DNA of 48,235 bases from a virus (Duplodnaviria; Heunggongvirae; Uroviricota; Caudoviricetes), in the IMG/VR virus record IMGVR_UViG_3300028805_000076, positions 72,165 to 120,399 of that record, one strand, 5' to 3'. The notes below the pieces were generated by a model. It was not told the origin of the DNA, ran no database searches, and was given only the letters and a program-made list of their open reading frames with translations. A program made the position numbers and the translations under genes. This document shows positions 1 through 9,117 of the stretch, in pieces; position 1 is the first letter of the stretch, and the number at the start of each line of letters is the position of its first letter.

Positions 1-209
1 ATCAACCAGCATCTACTGACGAAGCTTTGGATGGAAACCTTGAAAAGATTAAGACTTGGAATTTCGTATTCAAGAACTGTACTTATAATGGAGTAAAGGT
101 TGATTCAAATAACTTCGGTAGCAACAACCAAGTAATATATCTTTACAATATAGGTAGAACTGGTCAAATTACAGATGCAGCAGCAGAACTTAATGTTACA
201 TTCGAATAA
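1..209 (+). CDS. 3' end of a gene truncated by the window edge; hypothetical protein
   Basis: Frame 3 is open from position 3 (QPASTDEALDGNLEKIK...) to TAA at 207-209, so the track's TTG27 start is internal. A terminator follows. Confidence 0.7.
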   Translation, partial: QPASTDEALDGNLEKIKTWNFVFKNCTYNGVKVDSNNFGSNNQVIYLYNIGRTGQITDAAAELNVTFE

Positions 210-232
210 TTTGTAAGATTGTTATTTTATGG

Positions 233-264
233 TGCGCGATAATTGAATTATCGCGCATTTTTTT
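233..264 (+). terminator. Intrinsic terminator
   Basis: 12-bp inverted repeat tgcgcgataatt (233-244) / aattatcgcgca (246-257) followed by T7. Confidence 0.8.
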
Positions 265-290
265 ATATTTATAGTAAAAGTACAACAACA

Positions 291-2294
291 ATGAGAAGAG
301 GTATATACATCGATAATTCATATCACTACGTAGAAGAAACTGGATATGAACCAAAGCAATGCTGCAAAAACATGGATGGTGTTATTCAATCACTTACTGA
401 AGCTACAGAAAAAAACGCAAAGGATATAACAAATAACACAGCATTGGATAATGCTCAACAAGGGCAAATAAATAGCAACACAGAAGTAAATAATGAACAA
501 GTTGCTCAAATCAGAGCATTGTCTTCGCAAACACGCTCAAATACAAATGCCATTGGGGATTTAGAGGACGATGTTGAATATATTTTAAATTCATTGAATG
601 ATATTTCAGAATCAATCAGTGCTATAACTGGAGAAGGAATCCAACACATCAATGAAAGGTTGGATACTGTTGATGATGAAATAGATGATATTGTGTCTGG
701 TCTTCAAGAAACAAACGATGCAGTTGATGCAATTGTTGAATCTGTAGATTCAATTCATATAGAAGGAGAAGAAAGCGGTTATACGACAGTTTACAACTTA
801 TTGGTTGATGGTGAAAACAGAGGTACTATAATTATTGATAATATTGCTCCTTTATACAATCTTATTGAAAATGAAAAAGAAGAAAGAAAACAAGAAGATG
901 AAAGATTAGAAGGTCTTATTAATCAAGAAGTTACAGATAGAGAAGAAGCAGCAGAAGAGGTTAATGATTTAATCAATGATTTAATCAATGCTGAAACAAG
1001 CCGTGCAACACAAGAGGAAGAGGCTATACGAAATGAAATGGCTTTAATCACTGAATCCATAAGTGGAATGCAAGACAATATTGATGTAATTGTAGATACT
1101 GTAAGCGGTGTTACTGAAAATCTTCAAGGCGAAATTGATGAATTGGCAGAAAATACTGAAAATGAAATAGAATCTGCAAAAACTAGAATAGATTCCATAG
1201 AAGACAAAATAGACGATTGTGATGATAAGATTGCTGAGTTGGATGAGAAAATAGATGAAGAAATTGCCAATAGGCAAGAAAGTGATACCAACATTTATAA
1301 CACAATTGAAAACACTAAGAATGAAATTTATTCAGCAATATCAGAATTTGAAACTGAAATAAGCAGCTTGTCAGATGATGTTTCAGACCTTTCTGATAAA
1401 TTAGATGCTGCTATTTCAGCACATTCGACTGACATTCAAGAATTGAGAAATGAAATTTCTGAAACAAAAGATTCTATTAATGAGGAAAAGAATAGGGCAT
1501 TAAGTGCTGAAACAGCTTTGAGTGATGCGTTAAACACTTTAGAGCAAGACGTACAAAATGATTTCGATGAAGTTGATTCCAAGATTGTAAACATTAATGA
1601 TAGATTGGATGAAATAGATGAAACGACAAGCACTTTATCAGATTCAATATCACAACTACAAGCAGATTTGGCAACAGAAAAGACTGATAGGGAAAATGGA
1701 GATGCAGAATTAAAGGAATATGCAGATTCAATTTCAAGAGTAACTGAAAATCTTTCTGGCGTTACAGACTCTTTGTCTCAACGTATTACAGAAAACACAA
1801 ATTCAATAAACGGCTTATCAAGCGATTTATCTGATTTGGAAAATGATGTTGCAGTTAATTCCGAAGCAATATTGGCTGTTAGCGGTGATGTAGCTACAAT
1901 CAATTCAACGCTTCCTACAAAGGTTGGCAAGAGCGAATATGAATCCTTCAAGGCAGAAATATCAAGTAGAGTTCTTGAAATTGAAACAGATTACTTGACT
2001 TCTGATGATATACAAGACTTAGCAACAAAGGAGTCTGTAAACGAAGTCGCTTCAAATGTTGCTGAAGTAGGGCAAAAGGTTGACCAAGTTTCTGCAACAA
2101 CTCAAGATATGCAGCAACAAATGTCTGAATATGCCGATGCCTTAAGCGAACTTAATCACAATTTTGAATCCATTATGAGTACTTTCAACGAAATTAGAGT
2201 ACAACACGAACAACTTGAATTTGATGTAACAGACCTTAAAGCAAGTGTTAGAGCAATCAAAGAATTACTTGGATTGAATACTCAAGAACCATAA
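291..2294 (+). CDS. Long acidic coiled-coil protein (667 aa), probable virion structural or fibre protein
   Basis: ATG at 291 follows an A-rich leader and a TATTTATA box (266-273); the track's TTG243 lies inside the terminator. Heptad-rich sequence with repeated E-x3-R-x3-(D/E) units (EKEERKQED, EVTDREEAA, EIANRQESD, EKNRALSAE, EKTDRENGD). Confidence 0.7.
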   Translation: MRRGIYIDNSYHYVEETGYEPKQCCKNMDGVIQSLTEATEKNAKDITNNTALDNAQQGQINSNTEVNNEQVAQIRALSSQTRSNTNAIGDLEDDVEYILNSLNDISESISAITGEGIQHINERLDTVDDEIDDIVSGLQETNDAVDAIVESVDSIHIEGEESGYTTVYNLLVDGENRGTIIIDNIAPLYNLIENEKEERKQEDERLEGLINQEVTDREEAAEEVNDLINDLINAETSRATQEEEAIRNEMALITESISGMQDNIDVIVDTVSGVTENLQGEIDELAENTENEIESAKTRIDSIEDKIDDCDDKIAELDEKIDEEIANRQESDTNIYNTIENTKNEIYSAISEFETEISSLSDDVSDLSDKLDAAISAHSTDIQELRNEISETKDSINEEKNRALSAETALSDALNTLEQDVQNDFDEVDSKIVNINDRLDEIDETTSTLSDSISQLQADLATEKTDRENGDAELKEYADSISRVTENLSGVTDSLSQRITENTNSINGLSSDLSDLENDVAVNSEAILAVSGDVATINSTLPTKVGKSEYESFKAEISSRVLEIETDYLTSDDIQDLATKESVNEVASNVAEVGQKVDQVSATTQDMQQQMSEYADALSELNHNFESIMSTFNEIRVQHEQLEFDVTDLKASVRAIKELLGLNTQEP

Positions 2295-2300
2295 GAATAA

Positions 2301-2337
2301 AAAAAAAGTTTCGAAGAATATCTTCGAAACTTTTTTT
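2301..2337. terminator. Bidirectional intrinsic terminator between convergent genes
   Basis: Perfect 17-bp inverted repeat aaaaaaagtttcgaaga / tcttcgaaacttttttt with an ata loop. Confidence 0.9.
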
Positions 2338-3934
2338 ATACTTGTTCAACTGAAGACAAAGCCTTTTCGTATTCCTCTTCAGAATCATCCCTATAGCTTA
2401 AGTCATCAATTACAGAACCACCAGTACTTGGGCGCATTGTATTGAGCCTTCTGAAATAGAAATGCAAGTCGTTATGCATTTCGACAATATCATCAATTGA
2501 TTTTGGAATTTTCTCGTCTTCTTCAAAAGCCATATAATCTTCTTTTGTCAGATTTGCCAAAGCTGCAAGATACTTGGTGTTTTCCTCTTGGAATATAATA
2601 TCAGTCTCACGTTCCTTGAGTTCCTTGTAATCTCTTACCAATTTGTCCCAATCAATTGAACATTCCTTTACAAAAGGAGGTACTTTGTCAACTGACAACC
2701 AAAATTCTATTTCTTTCCTTTCTGGTGTCATCAGTGCCTCATAAGTGTCTTGGTCTGTTTCCTTGTTAGGATAACCACAGCTCAATTCACATTCCTTTTC
2801 AGTGAATGTAGGTCTATCTGAAGGTTTTGTAATCAATATTCTGTTTCTAATTTCTGGACTAAAGCAAACAAGCAATACAGAAATTCGCTTATTGAACATT
2901 GTTATATATTTGTCAACATTATATTCAAAATCGTCAGATATATCGCAGCATAATAAATCCTCTTCTGCTTCAGCAATTTCTGTTGGTATCATTTTGCAGT
3001 TAAGTATGATTTCCTCATATTCTCTTTTAATATGTGGCTTTAATATTTCCTTTACATCCTTGGTTTTCAAAGATTTATAATCAACATTATTTTTTTCTGC
3101 CCATTCTTTGAGAATATTTGTTTTAACTTTACCTTTGAGTTCAACTTCTTCTCCATCGACAATTGTATATTGATGTAATACTTTTTTAACATCAGATGAC
3201 TGACTGTTGTTAGAAGCGGTATTGACATAATATATTGTGTCATTCAAATCAACCTTAAGATTATTTTCCAATGCCAATTCATACCAAGCTTGTCTTGCCT
3301 TTTTAGAACCAGCTTTTGTTAATGTATTACAATCAGTAACATATTCCTTCAAAGTCTTCTTAATCTTACCCTTACTTGCAATGTCCTTAACTGGTATTTG
3401 GAAGTTATATATCTTATCTATGTAATCATAGTACATATTTAGGAATTCAAGACCTTTACCGTTGAGAAGCAAGTCAATGGCTGGACTTAAAAAGTTATCA
3501 ATATAACCAGCCATTCGTCTTGATTTGATTGTATTACCAACTTTCTTTGTCTTTCCGCTGGCAAGTTTATCAGCATAATTCTTTCTTGAGAAGTTGATTG
3601 TACTGTCACAAAATTCGTCTATTCCTAATCCCATTTTATTAATCCCGTTATTCCATGCGTGACTAAAAAACAAGTCTTCGAATTCACAAACATCGGCATC
3701 TACACCGACATATTCTTTACCTTTTACGCTATTTCTACCGCCACCATTACTTATGTAAGGCTTTTCTTTGGTATATCTAAAAGAGCCTTCTTTTGGCATT
3801 TGGAAATTAAAACCGTCAGTATTAGACATTACATTTAAACCTAATGCGTTAACAACGGTTCCATCCAATGAAATGTCATATACTAAAATTGGTTTGTTTT
3901 CATTAGTTTTTTTGATTACATTAATTTGACTCAT
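2336..3934 (-). CDS. polB: Family B DNA polymerase, C-terminal part: 38-aa split-intein C-fragment plus 494-aa C-extein
   Basis: Starts MSQINVIKK...VYDISLDG (intein block F)...VMSN|TDGFNF. TDG completes polymerase motif C, followed by DADVCEF...MGLGIDE...RKNY and GKIKKT thumb-type motifs. Alternative ATG at 3946. Confidence 0.9.
   Translation of the reverse strand: MSQINVIKKTNENKPILVYDISLDGTVVNALGLNVMSNTDGFNFQMPKEGSFRYTKEKPYISNGGGRNSVKGKEYVGVDADVCEFEDLFFSHAWNNGINKMGLGIDEFCDSTINFSRKNYADKLASGKTKKVGNTIKSRRMAGYIDNFLSPAIDLLLNGKGLEFLNMYYDYIDKIYNFQIPVKDIASKGKIKKTLKEYVTDCNTLTKAGSKKARQAWYELALENNLKVDLNDTIYYVNTASNNSQSSDVKKVLHQYTIVDGEEVELKGKVKTNILKEWAEKNNVDYKSLKTKDVKEILKPHIKREYEEIILNCKMIPTEIAEAEEDLLCCDISDDFEYNVDKYITMFNKRISVLLVCFSPEIRNRILITKPSDRPTFTEKECELSCGYPNKETDQDTYEALMTPERKEIEFWLSVDKVPPFVKECSIDWDKLVRDYKELKERETDIIFQEENTKYLAALANLTKEDYMAFEEDEKIPKSIDDIVEMHNDLHFYFRRLNTMRPSTGGSVIDDLSYRDDSEEEYEKALSSVEQV
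3821..3934 (-). mobile_element. Split intein C-fragment (IntC, 38 aa), ends Ser-Asn with Thr+1
   Basis: Block F VYDIS and terminal MSN directly precede T(+1)DG (ACT codon at 3820-3818). Confidence 0.9.
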
Positions 3935-5213
3935 TGTTCCAAACATATTTTAAAAGACCGCAATCCCATATTTTCTTTGCTCCTATTTTTGAAGCCATCT
4001 CTTTTTCTGTTAGATGAATGTCTAATCCATATTTTTTGCTTAATATTTTTTTTCTAAAACCAAATTTATGAAATCGTTTTATTGTTCCATCCATATAGTA
4101 TTTATAATCTGGTTTTAATATACTTTCAAGTTTAAATCCTAAAATGGTGTAAAGATTATTGGTTAAAGAAGAAGTCCATCGTCTGTCAGCAAATGATTTA
4201 ACTGATAATGGTTGATATTTTTTTATAAAATATGAAAATAATTTACCTCCAATACCAATTGATAGATGATTTATATCAGTGGCAAACCTTGTCAATTCCC
4301 AATTATTATTTTTATCTTTAGTAAATGTCATTACGCCATATAAATTTTCTTTATTAAAAGCCCCTAAATATAGTGTTGATTTACATTTACCTTGTATATG
4401 GTTGTTTTCTAGAAAATTAGAAGCTGTTTCGTAATTTATTTCATGAACAGTGCATAATCTGCCAAATATTTTAGGTAAATCATAATCAAAACCTAACAAA
4501 TGCTTTAATTTGGATTTAACAATGTCTTTGTGTAATATATATTCATCTTCAAATATTTGAATCAATTTTATGTTTTTATGTTCACAAGCTTCTGTTTTCA
4601 TTAAATGATAATTCTTATTCTTGTTACTGTGCCAAAACAATCCATTAAATTCTATACCTATTTGTAACCTTGGAATATATATATCTATTTCATTTCCATT
4701 AAGTAATGTTCTATCATTTAATAAGACTATCTCGTCTTTACCTAATAAGCTTATTATATAATCGGCAATTTCTTCTTCTGGTTTAGATTTGCTTGCATAA
4801 CAATGAGAGCAGCCACCATTTGGTGAAGTTATATGGTCACATGCAATCTTAACAAATGTTTGACCACATTTTTTACATTTGATTGTTATTTTTGAATGAC
4901 TGTTCTCATATTCTGTTTCGATATTAGGAAATTCATAAATATCACCGAATCTTTCATACGAAGACTTGATAAAAACGTTATAATTATACTTGTTCCATTC
5001 TTTGGCATATCTTTTACCGCATTCTGGGCATCCTTGACCTTTCATATGATTTTTTGGGGTTTGATAAAAAGGCCCATGAATTGGACAGATAATCTTCACT
5101 TTTGTCCTTTGATTTCTATATTCAGATTCTGAATAATCGTATTTACAATTGTGAATTTCATTTGAACGTTTGATGAAAATTTCCTTGTTTAATCTATATA
5201 AATCACGTTTCAT
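3921..5213 (-). CDS. Free-standing homing endonuclease: Zn-ribbon-like repeats, Vsr/EDxHD-like nuclease, C-terminal GNAT/Mom-like (Hef-like) domain
   Basis: CPIHG..F..H..GQGCPEC and CKKC..GGCSHC repeats; IDIYIP...IGIEFNGLFWHS...IFEDE nuclease motif; C-terminal NHIQG...WELTRFA...GGKLF...SFADRRW...IWDCG. Overlaps both polymerase halves (ATGA at 5210-5213). Confidence 0.8.
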   Translation of the reverse strand: MKRDLYRLNKEIFIKRSNEIHNCKYDYSESEYRNQRTKVKIICPIHGPFYQTPKNHMKGQGCPECGKRYAKEWNKYNYNVFIKSSYERFGDIYEFPNIETEYENSHSKITIKCKKCGQTFVKIACDHITSPNGGCSHCYASKSKPEEEIADYIISLLGKDEIVLLNDRTLLNGNEIDIYIPRLQIGIEFNGLFWHSNKNKNYHLMKTEACEHKNIKLIQIFEDEYILHKDIVKSKLKHLLGFDYDLPKIFGRLCTVHEINYETASNFLENNHIQGKCKSTLYLGAFNKENLYGVMTFTKDKNNNWELTRFATDINHLSIGIGGKLFSYFIKKYQPLSVKSFADRRWTSSLTNNLYTILGFKLESILKPDYKYYMDGTIKRFHKFGFRKKILSKKYGLDIHLTEKEMASKIGAKKIWDCGLLKYVWNNESN

Positions 5214-7654
5214 TTATCAAATGACAATATTTTATTGTTTAAATATTGGATTTGAGCCATTGCAACCTTTGTTTTTGGTTCAGCCTTAATTAATGATAAT
5301 AAATATTTGGTTTTATCATTATCCATATTTAATAATTTATAATCAAATCTATCAAACTTTCCGTTATTAAACATATTAGCAGATAATTTAATAAATTTAT
5401 CATCCACAAATATAATATTACCTTTTATTTCATTTGAATAATATTCAAGTCGTGTTTCATTATTTATGCTTGAAGGTTTTATCTCTTTTCTGTTTGAATC
5501 ATATAACGAATGGTCTTCTGTAACTTCAACACAAGTATCTTCATCTTTGACTTGATAAATATCTTTTGTTGTATAATGCCTATATATGTAATTTACATCG
5601 CTCCATCCACTTCTACATAAAACGTAATAATCCTTTTTACTAGTATCATATTGTCGGTTCAATATGTCTGTTTGTATTTCATTTTCATTAATCAATTCTG
5701 ATATTTCCTTAATATCTATTAAGCCGTTTTGTTTATATTTAATAAACAACGGTGTATCACCAACAAAACTATCTCCAACGATTGGCTCATACCCAATACT
5801 TTTGAAATGAGAAATCATCAATCTCAAGCATTGTCTGCCAATACAAGTTACCATTTCTGCTGCTTGTGTATTTCCGAATGGGAACAAAGAAGGTGCGCCA
5901 AAAGAACCAAAAACGCTATTGCCCAATACTTTAAGTGGGCTTTGTTTTTTATCATTTGCGTTCTTAATAATCTTCTGCTTATGTATTTCACCATTGATTT
6001 GATATATTTCCTCGTTGGTGAGATTTTCTTCTTTAAGCCTTTTCTTCAATTCCTCAATCTTGCTACCAGCTTCTGCTTTCAATCCCTTGTAATGCTCTCT
6101 ATATGTAAGAACGTAGTTGAGCATATTAAGCATTGAATCGTTTCCATCAAGTACATTGTGTATCCACCATGTAAGCATTATTGAAGGATAAAGTGAATTA
6201 AAGTCAAGCTTTACGATTCTGTCAACATATCCTACTTTTAAGAGTCTTGATAATCCACCAGTGAATGATTTTGAAACACCAAATGATGGAACCGCAATAC
6301 CGTTTTCATAGCACCAAGCAAGCATAATCAGTTTCCAAATACTCGCAGTACCCATTGTACAAGCCCTTTGGAATGTTGTAGGAATCATTTTGGAGATTAG
6401 GAAGTTTGCCTCATTCAAAGTAAGCTCCACCTTATCAGTTTCCCATAAGTCATCAAGCAAATATCTTTTGACAATGTATTTTCCGTCAGTTTCTGTAAAT
6501 CCTTCTTCTAAAGGTTTGCTTTTACCTATTTGATACCATTCACCGTTTTTATCGTTGAATGCATATTTATTGACTTTATCATCCCATATGGTACTGATTT
6601 TGTTACCCTTGATATATACACGATTCTCCTTTTTCAAGCCAAGATATTGTGTCACATATTTCAAGTTTGCCTTTTTAATGTCTGAATCGGTTGCTTGTGC
6701 TCGTCTTACGGCATGCATTGAGTCGAGAACGGTTGTACCCCACATTTTTGTTTGATGGAAATATTCAACCTCTCCACCCAATTTCAGTACACTTTCTCTT
6801 TTCTCCTTGTATATTTCATGGGTAAAATACCTTAAAGTCATTTCTTGGAATGTTTCTGCACCAAAATCATCCCATCTAACAATAATAAAATTCCAGTCAA
6901 AATTTTCTGAATTATGACCAGCTATTTCATCGGGTTTCTCGTCTCTAATAATACGGATAAATGTCTCTATCGCAATATGTTCAGCAATTTCTCTTTCTTC
7001 TTTTGTATCACCGTCAACTTCAATAACAGTTTCAAACCCTTTGTTTGTTCTTACTCCGATGTGGGTAATCATATCCTTTTTAGGGTCCAAACCAGTTGTT
7101 TCAATATCCCAAACAAGTCTTTTGGTTTCGTCATATCCTTCATACCCTTTGAACAGTCTGATTCCACTTTCAATCATAAACTGTTCTACAACACTTACAG
7201 ACAAGAATTCCTTCTCACTATTTGTTATAGCTTTTCCATCCTTCTTCTTCTTTGGGGATAATGGAGTACCAGCTTCAAAGAAGAATTGTTGGAATCTTAC
7301 CCAAGACATTTTCTTTGTAGCATAAAACATATAGTTATACCCATTTGTCACTCTTTCATCTTTGGAATTTTCGCTTTTATCTACTGTTAGTGGCGTAACA
7401 CGTATTCCGTATTTGTTAAGCGCCTTTATAATTTCGCGTCTATTTCCGCCAAACATTCGGACACAAGCGCTTTTCTTTGCCCATACGAACGGTTTGAAAT
7501 CTATCAGTTTGTATCTTTTTGTACCGTCTTTTTTATTGAATATTACTGCCGCTTGCTCGTCTTCATATCCACATTCTATATTTACAACCATTTCCATTGG
7601 ATTGAACCCTTGTAGGAAATCGTTGACCTTTGAGCTAATATCTGCTGAAAACAT
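5210..7654 (-). CDS. polB: Family B DNA polymerase, N-terminal part (3'-5' exonuclease, motifs A and B) plus 186-aa split-intein N-fragment
   Basis: ExoI WDIETTG, ExoII GHNSENFD, ExoIII YLLDD, motif A DFNSLYPS, motif B KVLGNSVFG, then IVGD|SFVGDTPL. ATG at 7654, with an in-frame TTG at 7663. Confidence 0.93.
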   Translation of the reverse strand: MFSADISSKVNDFLQGFNPMEMVVNIECGYEDEQAAVIFNKKDGTKRYKLIDFKPFVWAKKSACVRMFGGNRREIIKALNKYGIRVTPLTVDKSENSKDERVTNGYNYMFYATKKMSWVRFQQFFFEAGTPLSPKKKKDGKAITNSEKEFLSVSVVEQFMIESGIRLFKGYEGYDETKRLVWDIETTGLDPKKDMITHIGVRTNKGFETVIEVDGDTKEEREIAEHIAIETFIRIIRDEKPDEIAGHNSENFDWNFIIVRWDDFGAETFQEMTLRYFTHEIYKEKRESVLKLGGEVEYFHQTKMWGTTVLDSMHAVRRAQATDSDIKKANLKYVTQYLGLKKENRVYIKGNKISTIWDDKVNKYAFNDKNGEWYQIGKSKPLEEGFTETDGKYIVKRYLLDDLWETDKVELTLNEANFLISKMIPTTFQRACTMGTASIWKLIMLAWCYENGIAVPSFGVSKSFTGGLSRLLKVGYVDRIVKLDFNSLYPSIMLTWWIHNVLDGNDSMLNMLNYVLTYREHYKGLKAEAGSKIEELKKRLKEENLTNEEIYQINGEIHKQKIIKNANDKKQSPLKVLGNSVFGSFGAPSLFPFGNTQAAEMVTCIGRQCLRLMISHFKSIGYEPIVGDSFVGDTPLFIKYKQNGLIDIKEISELINENEIQTDILNRQYDTSKKDYYVLCRSGWSDVNYIYRHYTTKDIYQVKDEDTCVEVTEDHSLYDSNRKEIKPSSINNETRLEYYSNEIKGNIIFVDDKFIKLSANMFNNGKFDRFDYKLLNMDNDKTKYLLSLIKAEPKTKVAMAQIQYLNNKILSFDK
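5213..5770 (-). mobile_element. Split intein N-fragment (IntN, 186 aa), Ser1
   Basis: Block A SFVGDTPLFIK begins at AGT 5770-5768 and block B is VEVTEDHSL. No block F/G occurs before the TGA stop. Confidence 0.9.
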
Positions 7655-7724
7655 AGGATTCAATATTTTATTGGAAATATATAAATTTTTTTTCTAAAAA
7701 GGAAATTAACATTTATTAATATAC

Positions 7725-7759
7725 AAAAAAAAACGGTTTGAGTTAATTCAAACCGTTTT
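7725..7759 (-). terminator. Intrinsic terminator downstream of the 7761-8225 gene
   Basis: 12-bp inverted repeat aaaacggtttga / tcaaaccgtttt, with a poly-U tract on the minus strand. Confidence 0.8.
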
Positions 7760-7760
7760 A

Positions 7761-8225
7761 CTAATTCAATTCATCTAAATCTATTAATTGTTTTGGCTCG
7801 ACCCTTAAGCACCATAAGCCATATATGATTGTTATAATACTAATGCAAAGAAACAAAAATGCAATGTCAAACCACCATAAAGCTGCGAAGAATACATTTA
7901 ATTGAAAAACAGAATCATTCCTTAAGCAACGTTTAAAAAATATTTTTTTTTGATAATCATGTCCTAATTTATAATGTAAATAATCAGATTTATTTGTGCG
8001 AATTGTTACTTTTGACAAAAATTTGACAGTATCATTTGGAATGACAGTAAAGCAATATATTGTATCTGAATCAACTACATCAATATGCTTTTCAGCTATT
8101 TTTCCTTGAACCGATTTGTCGATTGTTGAATTACATATAATTCTGCCAAACAAAGATACTATCGATATGACAACAAATAGTATTCCAACAATAAAATATA
8201 AAACACCAAAATCGTTTTTTTCCAT
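7761..8225 (-). CDS. Membrane protein with two predicted TM segments
   Basis: Hydrophobic stretches VLYFIVGILFVVISIVSLFG and AALWWFDIAFLFLCISIITIIYGLW. ATG at 8225. Confidence 0.7.
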   Translation of the reverse strand: MEKNDFGVLYFIVGILFVVISIVSLFGRIICNSTIDKSVQGKIAEKHIDVVDSDTIYCFTVIPNDTVKFLSKVTIRTNKSDYLHYKLGHDYQKKIFFKRCLRNDSVFQLNVFFAALWWFDIAFLFLCISIITIIYGLWCLRVEPKQLIDLDELN

Positions 8226-8313
8226 ATTAATCAATTAAAATAATTCTTTAATGATTATATGAAAATAAATTATAATATATAAAGATAAAATGTTAAAAAT
8301 AATTAATTATTAT

Positions 8314-8973
8314 TTAGTGTCTGAATTTGCTCATCTTCATCCTTGATGTAATTGGTGCTTGTACCGAATCAGACATTGCTCCCAAATCTGAAGCTACTTG
8401 ATTACCATCTTGAGAATAGTATTTATCCTTTTCATCATATGCTTGTTGGTCTAATGCGTTTGCATTGTCATTATGGCCTCTTTTTCTCATCTGTCTTGCC
8501 AAATACCCCTTTTCTGCTGGTGAGAATGTATCCAAAATCTCATTGACAGAATTTTCTATCATTGTTATCAAAGCGCTTTCTGTAAGTCTTATTTTTTTCA
8601 TACCGTATGTTTTATTATTTGCGTTAATTTCGTAGATGCAATCATCTAAATTTATTTCCTCTGGATTCTGTATGTCATTTACAACCTCGTCTCCCAAATA
8701 GTCAGCTACAAGTTTCTGTACTGTATTGTACGTATAATGAAGAGGTATTGGTTCTCCATCGGCTGTTTCTGCATAATCCTTGTCAATGTTATATTTGAAA
8801 CCGTCTATTGTTATTGTTCTGCTTTCGTTGTCATATTGGTAATTACCATCTTTCAATTGTAATGCCAATTGCTTTCTGAATTCGGCTGCTGATTTTTTCC
8901 TTTCAGCATCCATTTTCATTGATTCAACGAATATCTTGTTTTTTGCGGTTTCGCTAATAATTATTTTTTTCAT
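8314..8973 (-). CDS. Hypothetical protein, probable internal head protein
   Basis: N-terminus MKKIIISE and an internal repeat MKKIRLTESALITMIENSVNEIL; upstream TATTTATA box at 9033-9026. Confidence 0.65.
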   Translation of the reverse strand: MKKIIISETAKNKIFVESMKMDAERKKSAAEFRKQLALQLKDGNYQYDNESRTITIDGFKYNIDKDYAETADGEPIPLHYTYNTVQKLVADYLGDEVVNDIQNPEEINLDDCIYEINANNKTYGMKKIRLTESALITMIENSVNEILDTFSPAEKGYLARQMRKRGHNDNANALDQQAYDEKDKYYSQDGNQVASDLGAMSDSVQAPITSRMKMSKFRH

Positions 8974-9117
8974 AAGTTATCTGTTTTTTTACATAACTAT
9001 ATTAAAATAGTATACTATTACTTAATATAAATATACTATTTATAAGAAAAAAACATATAGAATTTATTGAAAAGCCATTAAGAAATAAAGGCAAATAATT
9101 AAATATCACTTACTTTT

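Noticed and set aside
243-290. Track start TTG243 for the coiled-coil gene
   Set aside because: It lies inside the terminator and promoter region; ATG291 has a proper leader.
3921-5213. Group I intron carrying the endonuclease inside polB
   Set aside because: There is no non-coding space for an intron core. Both flanks are intein halves with coupled start/stop overlaps, which a split intein fully explains.
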